Positions 9,729 through 18,345 of a stretch of 64,000 bases of DNA are shown here, in pieces. The stretch comes from an uncultured delta proteobacterium (GTDB lineage: Bacteria > Desulfobacterota > Binatia > Binatales > Binataceae), in assembly GCA_963724765.1 (NCBI GenBank), contig CAVRVY010000003.1:480001-544000 (forward strand), written 5' to 3'. Below the pieces are notes generated by a model, which was not told the DNA's origin, did no database searches, and worked only from the letters and a program-made list of their open reading frames with translations. How positions within the stretch are numbered: the first letter of the stretch is position 1; each line of letters begins with the position of its first letter. A program made the position numbers and the translations under genes.

Positions 9729-11228
9729 CTAGATATCGAATATCTCGCGCATCTTTGCCAGCAGCCAGCTCGAGCGGCCGCGCACACCGCCGTCGGCCTG
9801 ATGCCCGGCGTCGAGCAACTCGCGCCGCTGGCTCAGGCGCGCGGCGATGATCTCGCTCATCTGTGCGGCGGCATCGGGATGGCTCTTGAACAGCTCGGTG
9901 AAGCCGCTGCGGCTCATCTCGAGGACCTCGACGTCGGTGCGCGCCCGGATGGTGGCGTTGCGTGACTCGCCCGTCATCAGCGCCATCTCGCCGAAGAAGG
10001 CCGGGCGGGTCAGCTCATTGAGATGGACCGCGTTGCCGTCAGCGCCACTGGCGGTCACGTCGACCACGCCGCGACGGATGATGTAGAAGGCATCGCCGGT
10101 CTCGCCCTCGCGCACCAGCGCCTCGCCGGCGCCGAACTGGCGCACGCGGACCGCGCCGGCCAGGATTCCCATTTCGTCGTCGCTGAGCTCGCGCAGAAAA
10201 TCGACTCCGCGCAGTTCGGAGGCGACCTCGCGCAGCGCCTCGGATGCTTCCATCAGGCGTTCCTGGCTGAGCACCAGCGTACGCACGGGGAAGGGAATCT
10301 CGATCCCATGGCGGCGCAGCGCGTACCACAGCCCCGACACCACACGGGCGTGGATCTGTTCGCTGCGTCCGTAGTCGGCGAGCCAGTACTTGACGCGGTA
10401 GCGGATCGCACTTTCGCCGAATTCCCAGGGCAAAATCTCGGGCTCCGGATGGCGCAGCACGTCGGGCACGTCGCGCAGGACGTCCAGGATGACCTCGCGC
10501 ACCCGGTTGGGCGGCTCGCCGTAGCCGAGCCCGATCGAGACCTCCTCGGCCACCGCGTGGGTGCCGTAGTCGAACAGCAGATCCTTGGCCAACTGCGCGT
10601 TAGGGATATCGAGCCATTCGTTGGCGCGCGTCACGATCGTCGTCGCACGCCATCCCACGCCATTAACGCGCCCGACCTTGTCGGCCACGCGCACCCAGTC
10701 GCCAGGTTCGAAGGGCCGTGAGATTTGCAGCGTCAGTCCGCTGAAGATGTTACCCAGCGTTTCCTGCAGCGCGAAGCCGATCACGACGCCAAGCACGGCT
10801 GGAACCGCGAGCAGCGCGGTTACGTCGATCCTGAAAAACGTGCGCAACACGACCATCACCACCAGCGACCACAAGGTCAGCGTGAGCAGATCCCTGAAGA
10901 TGGTTGAGAAGTGCTCGCGTCCGCGATGGGTCGCGGCGTCGGCCAGTTCCAGCCCGATCCGGATTACGCCCCACAGGAACAGGACTACCGCGGCAGTATC
11001 GACCAGGTAGGCAAACCGGGCCCGGCCGAGCAGCGGAGTCGCGACGTCGACCACCAGTCCGACCCCAGCCATCGCGACCGGCCACGCCCGCAAGTTGCCC
11101 CGACGATGGCGCAACGCCAGCGCGTAGAGCAGCGCGGCGATCGCCACCGTTGATTCGAGAACCGTGCGCGTATCGACAGCCAGGCCGTCGATCCCGAGCA
11201 GGGACTGGAGCTGGGTCACGTGCGGCAT
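9729..11228 (-). CDS. MscS mechanosensitive channel with C-terminal cNMP-binding domain
   Basis: GFALQETLGNIFSG, PFEPGDW, GIEIPFP; FFGEMAL..RNATIRA cNMP motif. Confidence 0.92.
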   Translation of the reverse strand: MPHVTQLQSLLGIDGLAVDTRTVLESTVAIAALLYALALRHRRGNLRAWPVAMAGVGLVVDVATPLLGRARFAYLVDTAAVVLFLWGVIRIGLELADAATHRGREHFSTIFRDLLTLTLWSLVVMVVLRTFFRIDVTALLAVPAVLGVVIGFALQETLGNIFSGLTLQISRPFEPGDWVRVADKVGRVNGVGWRATTIVTRANEWLDIPNAQLAKDLLFDYGTHAVAEEVSIGLGYGEPPNRVREVILDVLRDVPDVLRHPEPEILPWEFGESAIRYRVKYWLADYGRSEQIHARVVSGLWYALRRHGIEIPFPVRTLVLSQERLMEASEALREVASELRGVDFLRELSDDEMGILAGAVRVRQFGAGEALVREGETGDAFYIIRRGVVDVTASGADGNAVHLNELTRPAFFGEMALMTGESRNATIRARTDVEVLEMSRSGFTELFKSHPDAAAQMSEIIAARLSQRRELLDAGHQADGGVRGRSSWLLAKMREIFDI

Positions 11229-11231
11229 CGG

Positions 11232-12404
11232 CTAGAGCCCGATTATCTCCGCCATCTCGCCGAGCAGTTGTTGCGCGTCGAAATATTCGCACGCGATCTC
11301 GCGCGCCGCTCGCGCATGGCGTGGATAGTCGGTGCTGACCGCGCGCAGCGCCTCGGCCGCCGCGGCTTCGTCGGCAAACCCGACCAGTCCGGCGGCGGCC
11401 GGGATGAACTTTTCAAACCCGGTGAATTGAGTTACCGCCGGCCGCCCGGCGGCGAGGTAGCAGGCCGTGCGGTCGCTGAACCATCCCGAACGCGTGCTGA
11501 CGTAGAGATCCTTGGCGACCGTGAACTCGCCGCGCGAAGCGCTGATGTAGCTGCGGTAGGTGTCGATATCGAGCGACATCGGAACCGCCGGCCGGAAGCT
11601 GAAGCCGCCCGCCAGCGCTTGTTCGTAATCGGAGCCCGAGTTCAGATCGGTTGCGAGTTCGATAGCCTCTCCAGCGCGCCGCGGAACGTCCAGCATTTTG
11701 CCAAAGTTGACGTGCTTCGACCAGTGGTAGGTTCGCCCGCCAAGCTCGACGTCATTGCCCTTGTTGCGCCAGGTGCCGACAGTCGTAAACGCCGCTGGCA
11801 TCGGTGAGGCGCTCTGCTCGGGCCACTCCTGGAGCAGCACCGGCGGCCGCGTCGGATGCCAGTGCAGGCCCGCCGTTGGCAGCAGGCAGTCGTCCTCGCC
11901 GATATTGGCGGCGTAGGTGAAATGCACGCGATGCGCATCGAGCATCCGCCTCGCGCTGTCGTCGCCCTGCGCATAGCGTACCTGGTAAACTCCGGGGTCG
12001 GTTTCGAGATAGACCAGGCATCGCGCGCGCCGATGCTCTTCGCGCGGATGGGTCGCGCCGCACAGATTGATCACCGCGTCGGCCTCCGCCAGCAGCCGCA
12101 GGCTCCGCTCGCGCCCCATCCCGACGTACTCGCCGCTGGTCACGTCGAGGAACGACCAGCGATCGCTAAAACCGAAACGCTCCAGCACCTGTCCGAGCAG
12201 CTTGAGATTGCGGCCGGCGTCGGGCGACACCGCGTCCGTAATCGGATCGTAAACCCACGCGCCGTGATCTTCGAGGTAGTAGACGTCGAGCCCCAGTTCC
12301 CGCAGCCCCACCAAGTGATGGATGAGCTGCCACATCACGCCCGCGAATGGGTAGCGCGCGGCCAAATGCAGCACTACGACTTTGCCCTGGTACTTTTTTT
12401 TCAT
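11232..12404 (-). CDS. Hypothetical protein, probable GT-B glycosyltransferase-like
   Basis: Long ORF in operon; C-terminal GWFSDRTACYLAAGRP resembles the GT1-like nucleotide-sugar-binding segment. Confidence 0.6.
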   Translation of the reverse strand: MKKKYQGKVVVLHLAARYPFAGVMWQLIHHLVGLRELGLDVYYLEDHGAWVYDPITDAVSPDAGRNLKLLGQVLERFGFSDRWSFLDVTSGEYVGMGRERSLRLLAEADAVINLCGATHPREEHRRARCLVYLETDPGVYQVRYAQGDDSARRMLDAHRVHFTYAANIGEDDCLLPTAGLHWHPTRPPVLLQEWPEQSASPMPAAFTTVGTWRNKGNDVELGGRTYHWSKHVNFGKMLDVPRRAGEAIELATDLNSGSDYEQALAGGFSFRPAVPMSLDIDTYRSYISASRGEFTVAKDLYVSTRSGWFSDRTACYLAAGRPAVTQFTGFEKFIPAAAGLVGFADEAAAAEALRAVSTDYPRHARAAREIACEYFDAQQLLGEMAEIIGL

Positions 12405-12482
12405 CGGGCGGGAGCGGAAATCCGCATCCCGATGCTCACAGCCTGCGCACGGGGGCGCCGCGATGCAAGCGCGCGCGCCATC

Positions 12483-13130
12483 TCAGCGCGAACCTGCGAT
12501 TTGCGCGATTTGGAGGAGATCGGCGCGCAAGCCCTGCAGCGCCGCCCGGCGCTGACTTAAGTTCGCCGCGTCCTGGTCGGAAAGCTCACCCAGGTAGCAT
12601 CCGCGATCCGGCAAAACGAGCACCGCGCGGTAGGGGAACCCCTTGCGCATCCGCGGCCACACGCGATCGGCGACAAGGCCCTCCAGGGCGGCCTCGCTCA
12701 CGCGCTCGTGGATTCGGCCGTGCTCGTTGTAGACGAGCGCGGTGGCCGCACGCAGACGCGCGCCGCGGCGCGACGGCTCAACGCTGGCCATCCGGCGAAT
12801 CACTTCGTCGGCGAGCGCGCGGTCGAGGTCTCCATGCGCGGCGGCGTCGCCGCCGGCAAGCCATCGATGCGACCGCACGCCGGGCTCGCCGCCAAGCGCG
12901 TCGACCACCAGCCCGCCGTCGTCGGCGATGGTCGGCAGATTGGCGCGCGCGAAATAGAAGCGCGCCTTGAGCAGCGCGTTCTCGATGAAGGTGGCGCCGG
13001 TTTCTTCCGGAGCATGGCCGTCAACGCCGGCCTCGCGCAGTGAAATCGGCGCGAGATCGTAGTCACGCAGGAGTAGCCGATACTCGTCGAGCTTGGCGGG
13101 ATTGGTGGTGGCAACCAGCAGTGGTTTCAT
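12483..13130 (-). CDS. rdgB: Non-canonical purine NTP pyrophosphatase (Ham1/RdgB family)
   Basis: ATTNPAK, EETGATFIENALLKA, ADDGGL..ALGGEPGVRS, SQR. Confidence 0.82.
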   Translation of the reverse strand: MKPLLVATTNPAKLDEYRLLLRDYDLAPISLREAGVDGHAPEETGATFIENALLKARFYFARANLPTIADDGGLVVDALGGEPGVRSHRWLAGGDAAAHGDLDRALADEVIRRMASVEPSRRGARLRAATALVYNEHGRIHERVSEAALEGLVADRVWPRMRKGFPYRAVLVLPDRGCYLGELSDQDAANLSQRRAALQGLRADLLQIAQIAGSR

Positions 13131-13161
13131 CGCGCCGCTGACTGATTCCTGACCTCGCAAG

Positions 13162-14349
13162 TCATTTCGCTTTAACCTCGTAAGTTATCTTGAGCGCCGC
13201 GCGCTCGCGATGCTCCTCGAGCGCGAGTTCGATCAAACGATCGATGAGCTGCGCAAGCGGCAGACCCGAAGCCTCCCATAGTTTCGGATACATGCTGATC
13301 GCGGTAAAGCCGGGGATGGTGTTGACTTCGTTGATATAGATTTCGCTGAGCGCGGGGCGGGCCAGGAAATCGACCCGCGCCATCCCGCGCAGCCCCAGCG
13401 CGCGAAACGCAGCGCAGGCAAGCTCGCGCAGGTGCTCGCTCTGGGCCGCGGTCAGCGCGGCGGGAATCTTGACCTCGGCGCCGTCGGGATCGACGTACTT
13501 CGATTCGTAGCTGTAGAACTCGTGGCGTCCCTTGATGACGATTTCGCCGGCGATCGACGCCTTCGGCCGTTCATTGCCGAGCACCGCGCATTCCAGCTCG
13601 CGTCCTACGCAGGCGGCCTCGATCAGCACCTTGCGGTCGTACGCAAAGGCGTCCTCGAGCGCCGCTGCGAGCGCGCTCTCGCTCTTGACCTTGCTAATGC
13701 CGACCGACGAGCCGAGCGCATTGGGCTTGACGAACAGCGGGTACTCCAGCGAGCGCGCGAGGTCGGCCACACGCCCGGGCTGCTCGCGCCATTGCCAGCG
13801 CTCGACCGCCGCGTAGCGCACGACCGGCAATCCGGCTTCGCGCAGCAGGCGTTTCTGGACGTCCTTATCCATCCCGACCGCGGAGCCGAGCACGCCCGCG
13901 CCAACGTAGGGAAGGCCCGCCAGCTCCAGCAGTCCCTGCACGGTGCCGTCCTCGCCATAGCTGCCATGCAGCACGGGAAAGACCACGTCGAGCGGACCGG
14001 GGAGTCCTTTTGCCGCACCTCGCCCTGCGCCTCGCGCCACGGCCGTTCCGGCGCCCTGGCCGTTGCCCGGCGCCTCGACCAGCGAGTTTCCGGCGGGATG
14101 CGGCAGCAGGCTGACCTCGACACCGCCGCCGGCGAGCGCCTCCAGGCGCGGCCCCGCCTCAGCCAGCATGCGCAACGCGTCGGCGCGCAAATACCAGCGG
14201 CCGTCGCGGCCGATCCCGATCGGCACCACTTCGTAACGCGCCGGATCCATCGCCGACATCACGGTCAACGCCGAGCGCAGCGAAATTTCGTGCTCGCTCG
14301 AGCGTCCACCGAACAGCACGCCGACCCGGATTTTCTTTGGCTCAGCCAT
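13162..14349 (-). CDS. ddl: D-alanine--D-alanine ligase
   Basis: FGGRSSEHEIS, LHGSYGEDG, GSSVG, YESKY, NEVNTIPG. Confidence 0.96.
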   Translation of the reverse strand: MAEPKKIRVGVLFGGRSSEHEISLRSALTVMSAMDPARYEVVPIGIGRDGRWYLRADALRMLAEAGPRLEALAGGGVEVSLLPHPAGNSLVEAPGNGQGAGTAVARGAGRGAAKGLPGPLDVVFPVLHGSYGEDGTVQGLLELAGLPYVGAGVLGSAVGMDKDVQKRLLREAGLPVVRYAAVERWQWREQPGRVADLARSLEYPLFVKPNALGSSVGISKVKSESALAAALEDAFAYDRKVLIEAACVGRELECAVLGNERPKASIAGEIVIKGRHEFYSYESKYVDPDGAEVKIPAALTAAQSEHLRELACAAFRALGLRGMARVDFLARPALSEIYINEVNTIPGFTAISMYPKLWEASGLPLAQLIDRLIELALEEHRERAALKITYEVKAK

Positions 14350-14496
14350 TTTTTTGAACCGTCCCACCCGCGCGGCCGCATCGAAGCGCCACGCTCGCGG
14401 CTCTCGATGCGGCCGCGCTCAAAAACGAATGCCTCCGTGTGTGATCGATGGCGTCGGCTGGCCCAATGCAAGCCCTTCGCGGACTCTACGCAAGCT

Positions 14497-15951
14497 CTAC
14501 GGACGATAGTTGGGCGCTTCCTTGGTCACGAAGACGTCGTGTACGTGGCTCTCGCGCTGGCCCGCGTCAGTGACCCGGATGAAGCGCGCGCGCCGGCGCA
14601 ATTCGGCGAGATTGGCCGAACCGATATAGCCCATCCCGGACTGCAGCCCGCCGACCAACTGTTCGATATTGGAGGCCAGCGGCCCGCGATGCGGCACGCG
14701 GCCCTCGATTCCCTCGGGCACCAGCTTGCTCTCCTCGACGTCGCTCTGGCCGTAACGATCGCGCACCCGCTCGCTCATCGCGTCCAGCGATCCCATCCCG
14801 CGATAGAGCTTGTAGGTCCGGCCCTGGTAGAGAATCGTTTCGCCGGGGCTCTCTTCGGTGCCCGCGAAGAGCGAGCCGATCATCACGGCCGCCGCGCCGG
14901 CCGCCAGCGCCTTCACGATGTCGCCCGAGAAGCGGATTCCGCCGTCGGCCACCAGTGGGATGCCGCGTGGCTCGGCGACCGAGATGCAATCCATAATCGC
15001 GGTTATCTGCGGCACGCCGACGCCCGAGATCACGCGCGTGGTGCAAATCGATCCGGGGCCCATCCCGACCCGCAGCGCGTCGGCGCCCGCGTCGATCAGG
15101 GCCTTGGCGCCCTCGGCGGTGGCGACGTTGCCGGCCACCACGTCGATCTCGGGATGGGCGAGCTTGGTCGCACGCAGCGCGTCGATCACGTTGCGCGAAT
15201 GGCCGTGCGCGGTGTCGATGCACAATACGTCGGCGCCGGCGCGCACCAGCGCGGCCGCGCGTTCTTCACGCTCGGGCCCCACGCCAATCGCGGCGCCGAC
15301 TCGCAGCCGGCCCATCTTGTCCTTGCTCGAATGCGGATGGCGCGTCGCCTTGTCCATGTCCTTGACCGTGATGAGGCCGCACAGGCGATGACGTTCGTCG
15401 ACCAGCGGAAGCTTTTCGATGCGATGGGCCTGAAGGATTTCCTTGGCGTGCTCGAGACTGATGCCGGGATGGGCGGTGATGACGTTAGTGGTCATCACTT
15501 CGCGCACCAGCTTCTCCATGCGCTTCTCGAAGCGCAGATCGCGGTTGGTGAGGATACCGACCAGGCGGCCGTCGGCCACGACCGGCAGGCCCGAGATGCC
15601 GTGGCGTTCCATGGTCGCGAACGCATCGGCGATCTTCTGTTCGGGATGGACCGTGACCGGATCGGCGATCATGCCGCTCTCATACTTCTTCACCGCGGCG
15701 ACCTCGGCGGCCTGGCCTTCGATGGAGAGGTTGCGATGAATGAAGCCGAGACCGCCCATCTGTGCGATCGCAATCGCGGTGCGCGATTCGGTCACCGTGT
15801 CCATCGGGCTCGAGACCAGCGGAATACGCAGATGGATGTTGGGAGTCAGCATCGTCGCGACGTCGCAGCTCGAGGGCAGCAGGTCGGAAGCCTGCGGCAG
15901 CAGCAGCACGTCGTCGAAGGTGAGTCCCTCGCGAAGCTCCGAATGGGGCAT
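14497..15951 (-). CDS. guaB: IMP dehydrogenase
   Basis: [11 protein letters not shown] pair, [28 protein letters not shown]. Confidence 0.98.
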   Translation of the reverse strand: MPHSELREGLTFDDVLLLPQASDLLPSSCDVATMLTPNIHLRIPLVSSPMDTVTESRTAIAIAQMGGLGFIHRNLSIEGQAAEVAAVKKYESGMIADPVTVHPEQKIADAFATMERHGISGLPVVADGRLVGILTNRDLRFEKRMEKLVREVMTTNVITAHPGISLEHAKEILQAHRIEKLPLVDERHRLCGLITVKDMDKATRHPHSSKDKMGRLRVGAAIGVGPEREERAAALVRAGADVLCIDTAHGHSRNVIDALRATKLAHPEIDVVAGNVATAEGAKALIDAGADALRVGMGPGSICTTRVISGVGVPQITAIMDCISVAEPRGIPLVADGGIRFSGDIVKALAAGAAAVMIGSLFAGTEESPGETILYQGRTYKLYRGMGSLDAMSERVRDRYGQSDVEESKLVPEGIEGRVPHRGPLASNIEQLVGGLQSGMGYIGSANLAELRRRARFIRVTDAGQRESHVHDVFVTKEAPNYRP

Positions 15952-15963
15952 TTGGGAGTCTCC

Positions 15964-16038
15964 TTATGAAAAAAAGCCCGCGGGTATCCGCGGGCCTTCA
16001 ACCATGTTTCTGGATGCTGCTATTTCGTGCAGCGCCAT
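15964..16038 (-). CDS. Candidate leaderless leader peptide MALHEIAASRNMVEGPRIPAGFFS
   Basis: ATG 5 nt after the -10 box; ORF spans the terminator; stop TAA overlaps the guaB SD (TAAGGAG). Confidence 0.5.
   Translation of the reverse strand: MALHEIAASRNMVEGPRIPAGFFS
15969..15995 (-). terminator. Intrinsic terminator inside the guaB leader
   Basis: GCCCGCGG-ATAC-CCGCGGGC followed by U7, ending about 18 nt before the guaB ATG. Confidence 0.85.
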
Positions 16039-16043
16039 ATCGC

Positions 16044-16072
16044 AATCTAACAAAATGGACCCGCCCGATCAA
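16044..16072 (-). promoter_or_regulatory. guaB promoter TTGATC-17-TAGATT (extended -10 TG)
   Basis: Near-consensus hexamers with 17-bp spacing. Confidence 0.7.
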
Positions 16073-16199
16073 TTCGACCAATTCGTCGACCGACTCGCAT
16101 GCGCCGGCCATAATCCTCGTCGGGACGCAAGGTTGTGGCGCGCTCGGGCATATGTTGGCCAAGCCGGTTCGCTGAGCAGTCAATCAGTCGAGCAAGCAC

Positions 16200-17120
16200 T
16201 CACCGTTCGTCGTTCGGTTCCTTCCACTCTTGCGGATAGAGCAGCAGCAGATCGCCGCCGAGGTTGCGCACCAAAAAGCGCTGGACCTCCGCCACCGCGC
16301 GCTCCAGTGCGCGGCCGCCGATAAGCCAATGGCCGCGGCCACGCACCACGCGAATTGTCGCACCGGCGCGCGCGGCGAAAGCGTTCATCTGATCGAGCGG
16401 CGCAAACGGATCGGAATCACCCGCCACGATCAGCCGCGGTACGGCGCGCCCCGTCTCGGCAAGCTTGGTCCGGCCGAACTTGATGCCGTAGAAATTGGTT
16501 GCGCCGCGCACGACTTCGAGCGCCGCGCATGCGTCGTCGGCCACCAGAGCCTTCGTTAGCGCTTCGCGCTGGAACGGCTCGGCGTCGGCCAGCAGCTGAA
16601 AGAGCACGGCGCCGCGCGGCGGCTTGAGTGCGCGGCCAAACAATCGCGCCGGCCAGTTCGCCGCGCCCGTCACCAGCGGCGATCGACACCCGGGAAGCAT
16701 CGGCGCCAGCGCGACCGCCGCCCTGACCTGCGGAAGCTCAGCCGCGTTGAGCGCTAGCAATCCGCCCAACCCATGACCGACGACGATTACGTCGCGCCCG
16801 AGCGCCGCTAAACCCTCGGCCAGTAGCGCGGCGAGACCGTCGAAGCCGGCCGCGCTCGGAACCGAACTCTTGCCAGTGCTCTTGCCCGCGCTTTTGCTCG
16901 CGCTCGAATTCGATGGGGGTGCGTCGATCCGCGCTGCTTGCGCCGCCGCGCGGAGATCGGGCGCATAGACCTCCCATCCGATACTCGCGAAATATCCGCG
17001 CGCGACCGCGAGATGGCGCGCGGTGGTGAAAAGCTCCGGCAGCAGGACCAGCGGCCAGGCGAACTTCAGCGGTTCGGGCCGCTCGCATTCGGCCGGGATT
17101 CGGCCAAGCCGCGTCTCCAT
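16200..17120 (-). CDS. Alpha/beta-hydrolase fold protein (nucleophile Ser apparently replaced by Gly)
   Basis: VGHGLGG in place of GHSxGG; AGDSD and GHW motifs. Confidence 0.7.
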   Translation of the reverse strand: METRLGRIPAECERPEPLKFAWPLVLLPELFTTARHLAVARGYFASIGWEVYAPDLRAAAQAARIDAPPSNSSASKSAGKSTGKSSVPSAAGFDGLAALLAEGLAALGRDVIVVGHGLGGLLALNAAELPQVRAAVALAPMLPGCRSPLVTGAANWPARLFGRALKPPRGAVLFQLLADAEPFQREALTKALVADDACAALEVVRGATNFYGIKFGRTKLAETGRAVPRLIVAGDSDPFAPLDQMNAFAARAGATIRVVRGRGHWLIGGRALERAVAEVQRFLVRNLGGDLLLLYPQEWKEPNDER

Positions 17121-17242
17121 CGCAACTACGTTGCGCCACGCGCATCGCGCGCCGCAAGCGATGCGCCGCGTCGTGGGTTCGCGTGAATTAGACCGCGCGA
17201 CGATTCGGCGTGCGACACTCCACGATGCGCCGGGCGATGGGT

Positions 17243-17288
17243 CACGACGCGGATGCGGAGCTTCGCACGACGCGGATGCGGAGCTTCG
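17243..17288. repeat. Perfect 23-nt tandem duplication
   Basis: cacgacgcggatgcggagcttcg x2. Confidence 0.9.
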
Positions 17289-17344
17289 AAAGACAGCGCG
17301 TTGATTAAGCGTCGCGCTCGCGAGCGAGCGCAGATGGCGCAGAG

Positions 17345-17374
17345 AAAAAGAGGGCCCCTTTTCAGGGGCCCTCT
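17345..17374 (-). terminator. Intrinsic terminator of the small basic ORF transcript
   Basis: AGAGGGCCCCT-GAAA-AGGGGCCCTCT followed by a U-tract on the - strand. Confidence 0.88.
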
Positions 17375-17465
17375 CGCGGTACGGGGTTATTACACCCCGG
17401 CTTATCGCAGCAGCATGCCCGGCATCTTGGCCAGCCCCCGGTTTCCCGGAGGGAAACTTACGTCG

Positions 17466-17561
17466 TTACTTCTTCTTTTTCTTGCCGGCTTTCTTTTTCA
17501 TATTCGTCTTTAACTTAGATTTGGATTTTGTAGCGGAACTTCTTTTCTTCTTCACTGGCAT
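17466..17561 (-). CDS. 31-aa Lys-rich small protein MPVKKKRSSATKSKSKLKTNMKKKAGKKKKK
   Basis: Perfect SD TAAGGAGGT 4 nt before ATG; own promoter and terminator; below the ORF-track cutoff. Confidence 0.8.
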   Translation of the reverse strand: MPVKKKRSSATKSKSKLKTNMKKKAGKKKKK

Positions 17562-17652
17562 AGACACCTCCTTAACAGTTGCTGCTGCCGGACAAGCTCC
17601 GAAACCTTTAAAGCCATCTGGCTGAGCCGTGATAGCCTCGCCTTCAGGCTGG

Positions 17653-17681
17653 ATTATAGAAACCTGTTATTCAAAAATCAA
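17653..17681 (-). promoter_or_regulatory. Sigma70 promoter TTGATT-17-TATAAT
   Basis: Consensus -10, near-consensus -35, AT-rich upstream element. Confidence 0.8.
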
Positions 17682-17816
17682 GCAGAACGCGAGTAGTTTA
17701 TAAAGAAATTTTAAAATCGGAAGAATCCTTGCCCCGCCTCATCTTTACCGGATTAAAATGGCGTTCAGTCATAAGCCCGCTTGAAGTTCGACGCAAGCCT
17801 TTTTACCATGCTGCTT

Positions 17817-18182
17817 GTGAGCCGGTTAAGCCTGTACCTGTGCCGCGAGTGGCTGACCCTGGTCCTGGTCGCCGCCTGCGCCTTGCTCGCGGTGGACTCT
17901 GTCGTCGGGCCGCTGGGCGTGCGGGACCTGGTGGTGCTGCGCGAGCGGCGCGCACAACTCGAAGGCGTGCACAAGGAATTACTCAAGTCCAACGCGGCGT
18001 TGAAGCTCAAGCTCGGCCGGCTGGGCAACGACGACCGCTATCTCGAACGCCGCATCCGCGAGCAACTCGGCTACGTGCGCCCAGACGAACTGGTCTATCG
18101 CTTTTCCACCGAGGCTTCTTCCGAAGGTTCTTCTGACGCTTCATCACGAGCTTCATCCCAGGCTTCATCGGACGATCATTAG
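17817..18182 (+). CDS. ftsB: Septum formation initiator FtsB/DivIC family
   Basis: Single TM, GxxG, coiled coil, ERRIREQLGYVRPDE; GTG 7 nt after TTGAAG-17-TACCAT (leaderless-like). Confidence 0.8.
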   Translation: MSRLSLYLCREWLTLVLVAACALLAVDSVVGPLGVRDLVVLRERRAQLEGVHKELLKSNAALKLKLGRLGNDDRYLERRIREQLGYVRPDELVYRFSTEASSEGSSDASSRASSQASSDDH

Positions 18183-18345
18183 GCCGAACGATCAGCGTTA
18201 AGAATTCTTTCGCCCGCCGACACTTTTGCATCCCGCCACGCGATCGCGCGTTTCGGATGAGGCAGGCGCGCAAGCACGGCGCGCTTGCTTGACTGCGAGG
18301 CCATCATGCGATTTCCTTCATCGCGCGCGCTCAAGACAGATCCCG

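Noticed and set aside
13432-15969. 845-aa + strand ORF and similar long ORFs (26117-27877, 58383-59891, 8251-9543)
   Set aside because: Antisense shadows of well-supported genes (guaB/ddl, glcDE, rpoH, cyclase/EthD) caused by high-GC codon bias; no motifs
15964-16040. Purine or other known riboswitch upstream of guaB
   Set aside because: No purine aptamer core (UAUAA, UUUCUACC, GACUA) recognisable and only ~45 nt precede the terminator; an Rfam scan is still advisable
17345-17650. tmRNA or 6S RNA
   Set aside because: No tRNA-like ends or TPsiC arm; the ORF has its own SD and ATG and ends in Lys residues; the enclosed region is coding and A-rich rather than a 6S-like rod
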